From contig JBODTK010000014.1 of assembly GCA_050613775.1 (NCBI GenBank), positions 496,001 to 560,000 on the forward strand: DNA of 64,000 nt, read 5' to 3'. This document shows, piece by piece, positions 59,100 to 64,000 of the stretch. The translations under genes and the position numbers were made by a program. This stretch comes from Neocallimastix sp. 'constans'. Its lineage: Eukaryota. The notes beneath the pieces are model-generated. The model was not told the origin of the DNA. It saw nothing but the letters and a program-made list of their open reading frames with translations, and did no database searches. Each line of letters begins with the position of its first letter. Position 1 is the stretch's first letter.

Positions 59100-62000
59100 T
59101 AATTTTATATGAAGAAAATAATGATAATAATGATATTGATAATTCCTTTGGAAATCATAATGATAAAGATGGAAATAATTTTTGCAATATTAATGATAAT
59201 ATAAATAATAATGATAATTATTTAAAGAATGTATTTGGATGTAAAATTAATAATGATAAAATTTCTAAAATTTATAATAATAATTGTTCTTCTAATAAAG
59301 ATATTAATAATAATAATATTAACAAAAATTTTAATACTATAAATAATCATGATAATCCATGTGAAATTAATATCGATAATAATAATAATATCGAAAATTT
59401 TTCTAATAAAAATTTTTCTAGTGAAAATCTATCTAATAAAAATTTTTCTAGTGAAAATCTATCTAATAAAAATTTTAATAATAAAATGTTTCTAATAAAA
59501 ATTTTAATAATAGAATTAATAATATTTTTGAAAAACCTATTAAAAAAAATAATATCAATAATTCGAATAGTATTAATAATGAAAATTGTTCTTCTGAAAA
59601 TTTTAATAATAAAAATAATATTAATAATTTCTCTAAAAATTTAAATGATATTAATAATACTGATAATATTTCTAAAGATTTAGATAATATTAATAATATT
59701 TATGAAAATTTAAATAGCATTAATAATACTAATAATCCTTATAATATTTTTGGAAATAAAAATAATATTAATAATTATTCTGAAATTTTTAATAAAAATA
59801 ATATTAATAATCTTTCTGAAAACCTTGATAAAAATAATATTAATACTGATAAACCTTCTAAAAATTTTTGTAATGATAATAATGATAATATAGTTTCTAA
59901 AGATGTTGATCATACTATTAGTAATAAAAACTTTTCCTCAATTTTTAATGAAGATGTTAATAATAAAAATTCTTTCGAAATTAATCATCATGTTAATGAT
60001 ATTAATGATTTCGTTATAAGTGGTAACAAAAAAAAATAATAAAAATTCTTTACAAAATAATTATTCTTTATTAACAAAAATAAATGAAATTAATAATAAA
60101 AAGAATTATGAAAACAGTGTAATCAAAAATATTGATATTCCTATTGAAAATACTGTTAAGAATTTTAAAAGTGTAAAGGAAATAACTATTCATGAAATTG
60201 CGGCGAAAGCACCAACAAAAATTAGAAACAAACTAAAGTTTTTATTATTAAATAATATAAATGTATTAGCACTTGATACAGATGATTTAGGTAAATCGAA
60301 ATTACTAAGTCATAAAATAAAAATCATAAGTGGTCGAATGCCAATTAAACAAAGAATGTATCGAATAGCAAATAAGAAGCAAATGAGTATACTAAGAGAA
60401 GAAATAAGTAAATTATTAAGAAATGGATAGATAGAACCTTCAAAATCATCATGGTCGTTCCCAGTTATTCTCGTTCCTAAAAAGAATGGTAAATGGAAAA
60501 TGGTAGTGGATTATAGAAAATTAAATGATATTACTATTAAAGACGCATATCCTTTACCTTATATAGAAGAAATATTATTTTCTATAGGCAATAAAGTTAA
60601 GTACTTAACCACGCTTGACTTATTTTCTGGTTTCCATCGGATTCCTATGGAAAAAGAAGACAGAGATAAAACTTGCTTTACAACAATGCTTGGAAATTAT
60701 AATTACAAAGTTATGCCATTCGGACTTTGTAATGCTCCTGCAACTTTCCAACGTGAAATGAACAGAATATTCTTGCCTTTAATTGGTAAATGTATGTTCA
60801 TTTATATGGATGATTTAATAATATTTTCTGATACCTTAGAACAACACATATTGGATCTACAAAAAGTTTTTGATATTATTAAAGAAAATGGTCTAAAGGC
60901 TAATTTATCAAAATGCCATTTTATTAAACAAGAAGTTGAAGTATTAGGCCATATTTTATCCACAGAAGGTATAAAGCCAGTACCCAAAAAGGTAGATGTA
61001 ATATCCAAATGGGAATCATCTAGAAATATTACTCAATTAAGATCTTTCATAGGTGCAATTGGATATTATAGAAAATTTATTAAAGATTTTGCTATAATTG
61101 CTCAACCATTATTTAAACTATTAAAGAAAAATATAAAATATATCTGGGATGATATAACTGAAGAAAGATTTAAAATTCTTAAGGAAAAACTTATTTAGGC
61201 TCCTATTCTTAAATATCCAGATTATGATAAACAATTTTTAATTAGAACAGATGCTTCATTAGATGGAATAGGTGGTGTATTAAAGCAGAAAGATAAAGAT
61301 AACATCGAACACCCAATTTCAATACATTAGTAGATCTTTAAAACCTACTGAAATAAATTATAGTATTACTGATTTAGAAGGCACAGCTGCTTACTATTGT
61401 TGTTTAAAATTTAAACCATATTTTAGTGGTAATAAATATGATACTATTTTATATACTGATCATAAACCTTTAATAGGCTTATTTAATAATAAAGAACCAA
61501 ATAATGCTCGTCAAGCTAGATGGGTTATAACTTTTAGTATGTTAAAAATTGTAGTTAAATATGAACAAGGAAAGAAAAATGTTATTGCTGATGCACTTTC
61601 TCGATTAATTCCTGACTCTAAAAATATTAATAAAGAAATTAAAAATAATACTTTGTTTATTCATTTGAATAATAATGAAAATATTAATTACGATTCTATT
61701 GAAAATATAAACGAAATGAATAATACAAATAAAAATGATTATCCTTTAAATAATATTTCTGAAGAAAATAATTAAGTTAATTTTAATAAAAATAATTTAG
61801 ATAATAATATAATTAATTCTTTAAATAAATTAAAAAATGATAATAATAATAATAATTATATTTTTAAAAATTTAAATAATAATTCCAGTGTTAATAGTTA
61901 TTATGAAAAATTTAATAATAATAATAATGACAAAAATTTTTATTTAGAAAATTTTGATAATAATTGTAATAATGCTAATAAATTATGGGAAAATAGAAGA

Positions 62001-62258
62001 AAACAACAAAAATCTATGAATATTGTTTTTGAACCAGGGGACTTAGTTTTAGTTAGAAATTTCTCAAGAAGAAAGTTAGACCCCTTTTACACTGGTCCTT
62101 TTAGAATTGTTCAAATGAATTATAATACCGCTTGTATTTGTGATATTTACACTGGTGAAATAGCTGACAGAAATGTACACCAGAAAAATCTTGTTCATTA
62201 TTATACTTGGTATAATCAGACTTCAGTGGACGAAGTCTCATCTTAAGCGGGGAGATTA
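59100..62258 (+). pseudogene. pol: Decayed Ty3/gypsy pol: Asn-rich region, RT, RNase H, integrase core deleted, GPY/F tail, PPT
   Basis: PIKQRMYR, *IEPSKSSWSFPVILVPKK, VDYRKLN, LDLFSGFH, MPFGLCNAPATFQ, YMDD, RTDAS, YTDHKPL, NVIADALSR, FEPGDLVLVR..YTGPFRIV. Stops end at 60430 and 61198. PPT AAGCGGGGAGA at 62245-62255. Confidence 0.93.
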
Positions 62259-63589
62259 TGATACTGGGTGTCACTAAATACCTTGTATTTCCTATTAAAT
62301 ACTCTTAATAATAATAAAATAAAATTATTATTAAATATTCTTATTAAAATCTTTTATTAATATCAAATATAATAAAAATCATTATTAAATATTCTTATAA
62401 ATTTCCTTTATTAATTTCAATATAATAAAAATTATTATTAAATATTCTTATAATTTCTTTTGTTAATATTAAATATAATAAAAATTATTATTAAATATTC
62501 TTATAAATTTCTTTTATTAATATTAAATATAATAAAAATTATTATTAAATATTCTTATTAAAATCTTTTATTAATATTAAATATAATAAAAATTATTATT
62601 AAATATTATAATAAAAATCTTTTATTAATATTAAATATAATAAAAATTATTATTAAATATCCTTATTAAATATTCTTTTATTAATATCAAATCTAATAAA
62701 AATTATTATTAAATATTCTTATTAAAATCATTTATTAATATCAAATATAATAAAAATTATTATTAAATATTCTTATAAATTCTTTTATTAATATTAAATA
62801 TAATAAAAATTATTATTAAATATTCTTATTAAAATCTTTTATTAATATCAAATCTAATAAAAATAATTATTAAATATTTTATTAATATTAAATATAATAA
62901 AAATTATTACTAAATATTCTTATTAAAAATTATATAATATTTAAATCATTACTAATTCTTGTTTTTATATTAAGAATAATAAAAACCTATTTCAATAAAT
63001 ATTTGATATAAAATACAGAATTATAAGTTTCTGTATAATATTTTCTAAACCTTTGAAATAAACTAAAAATAAAACAAAAATCAAAAATAAATTAAATCTT
63101 TATTAAAATAAAAATGAACTAAAATACAGAAGAATTCCAATAATAAAAATGAACTAAAATACAGAAAATATCAATTCTGTATAATTCTCTCTCTGAAAAA
63201 CAATATCAAGAAGAAGCTACCGCCCGGAATGCCCTTCGTGATACAATCTCTAAATTAATTTTTTATATTTTAATTTAATAAATGTTATTTTTTTTTTTAA
63301 AAAAATAATTTAAAATAATAGTTAAAAATTAAAATAAAATAGTTATAATAGTTTTTTTATAAAGAATATATTAATAATAAATAAAATGTATTGAAATAAA
63401 AGTATAAAAAGAAGAATAAATTTCTTTCTTTTTAATACATGGAACAAATAATTTTAATTTTAAATTTAAATAAAGAATATTTTAAAATTTAATTTTTTTT
63501 CTTGTTTCCAAATTTATTTTTATAGTTATGTGTTAATATTTATTTTTTTTGTTTTGAATATCTTAGTGTTTCAACCCCAGCCCGTATCA
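62259..63589 (+). repeat. Probable 3' LTR of the 59-62 kb Ty3/gypsy
   Basis: Begins TGATACTGGG just after the PPT; CCCGTATCA at 63581-63589 is the inverted counterpart. The right boundary is tentative, with an alternative CA at 63245. Confidence 0.6.
62310..62930. repeat. About 56-bp tandem repeat, about 11 copies, inside the putative LTR
   Basis: AAATATAATAAAAATTATTATTAAATATTCTTATTAAAATCTTTTATTAATATT repeated with small variants. Confidence 0.9.
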
Positions 63590-64000
63590 TTATTGATACG
63601 AGACCAAGTGAAAAATTAAAATTAAATAAAATTAAATTTACAATAAAAAATAGGAAATCGAATTAATCCATAAAAGGATAGATTAAATTGTAATTTATAT
63701 ATAAAATACAAAAATTAAAAATTATTAAGACTCTCTCTTTACTAAATAACTATTTTATTAAATGTAAAAATAAATTGAATTGCAATTGATCTAAATTGTG
63801 ATCTCAATTGTTTAAAAATAAAAATTTAAAAATAAATAAATAAATAAATAAATAATAAAATAAAATTTACATATTTAGTTCTAATTTACGACTTTAGTGT
63901 TAATTACTTAGTATTGTGAATATTAATATAATTAGATATAAATTTTTAAAATTCATTTACATCGTACCAGTTATTGATAAATAACAAAATTATTAAATTA

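Noticed and set aside
13405..62930. Tandem arrays (13.4-14.8 kb, 47.9 kb, 62.3-62.9 kb) as CRISPR-like arrays
   Set aside because: No unique spacers of constant length, no cas genes, and a eukaryotic context.

Overview
Extremely AT-rich, intron-rich eukaryotic DNA. The base composition, long homopolymer introns and a CBM18 relic are consistent with an anaerobic gut fungus (Neocallimastigomycota), but this is inference. There are two intact host genes: a 21-exon short-tailed class I myosin (minus strand, 923-10733, about 1034 aa by my splice reconstruction) and a single-ORF secreted Thr/Lys-rich repeat protein with an unrecognised 6-Cys C-terminal module (50997-53048). The rest is AT-rich intergenic DNA and LTR retrotransposons. 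These include a decayed Ty3/gypsy element (about 18.1-23.7 kb), an intact, very young Ty1/copia element (24993-30359, CTTTG target-site duplication), a solo LTR with a TTAAT duplication (30766-31522), a chromovirus 3' fragment with the same LTR family (57029-58590) and a second decayed Ty3/gypsy (59.1-63.6 kb). Three observations stand out. (1) A GC-richer, heavily base-paired island at about 16.9-17.6 kb folds best on the minus strand and has UAACCCUAACCC directly after a hairpin, inside a 26-bp enclosing helix. It is a candidate telomerase RNA or other structured RNA, unproven. (2) The copia primer-binding site matches the 5' half of tRNA-Lys(CUU), and a second, different relic has the same site. 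(3) The myosin has Lys at the TEDS position.
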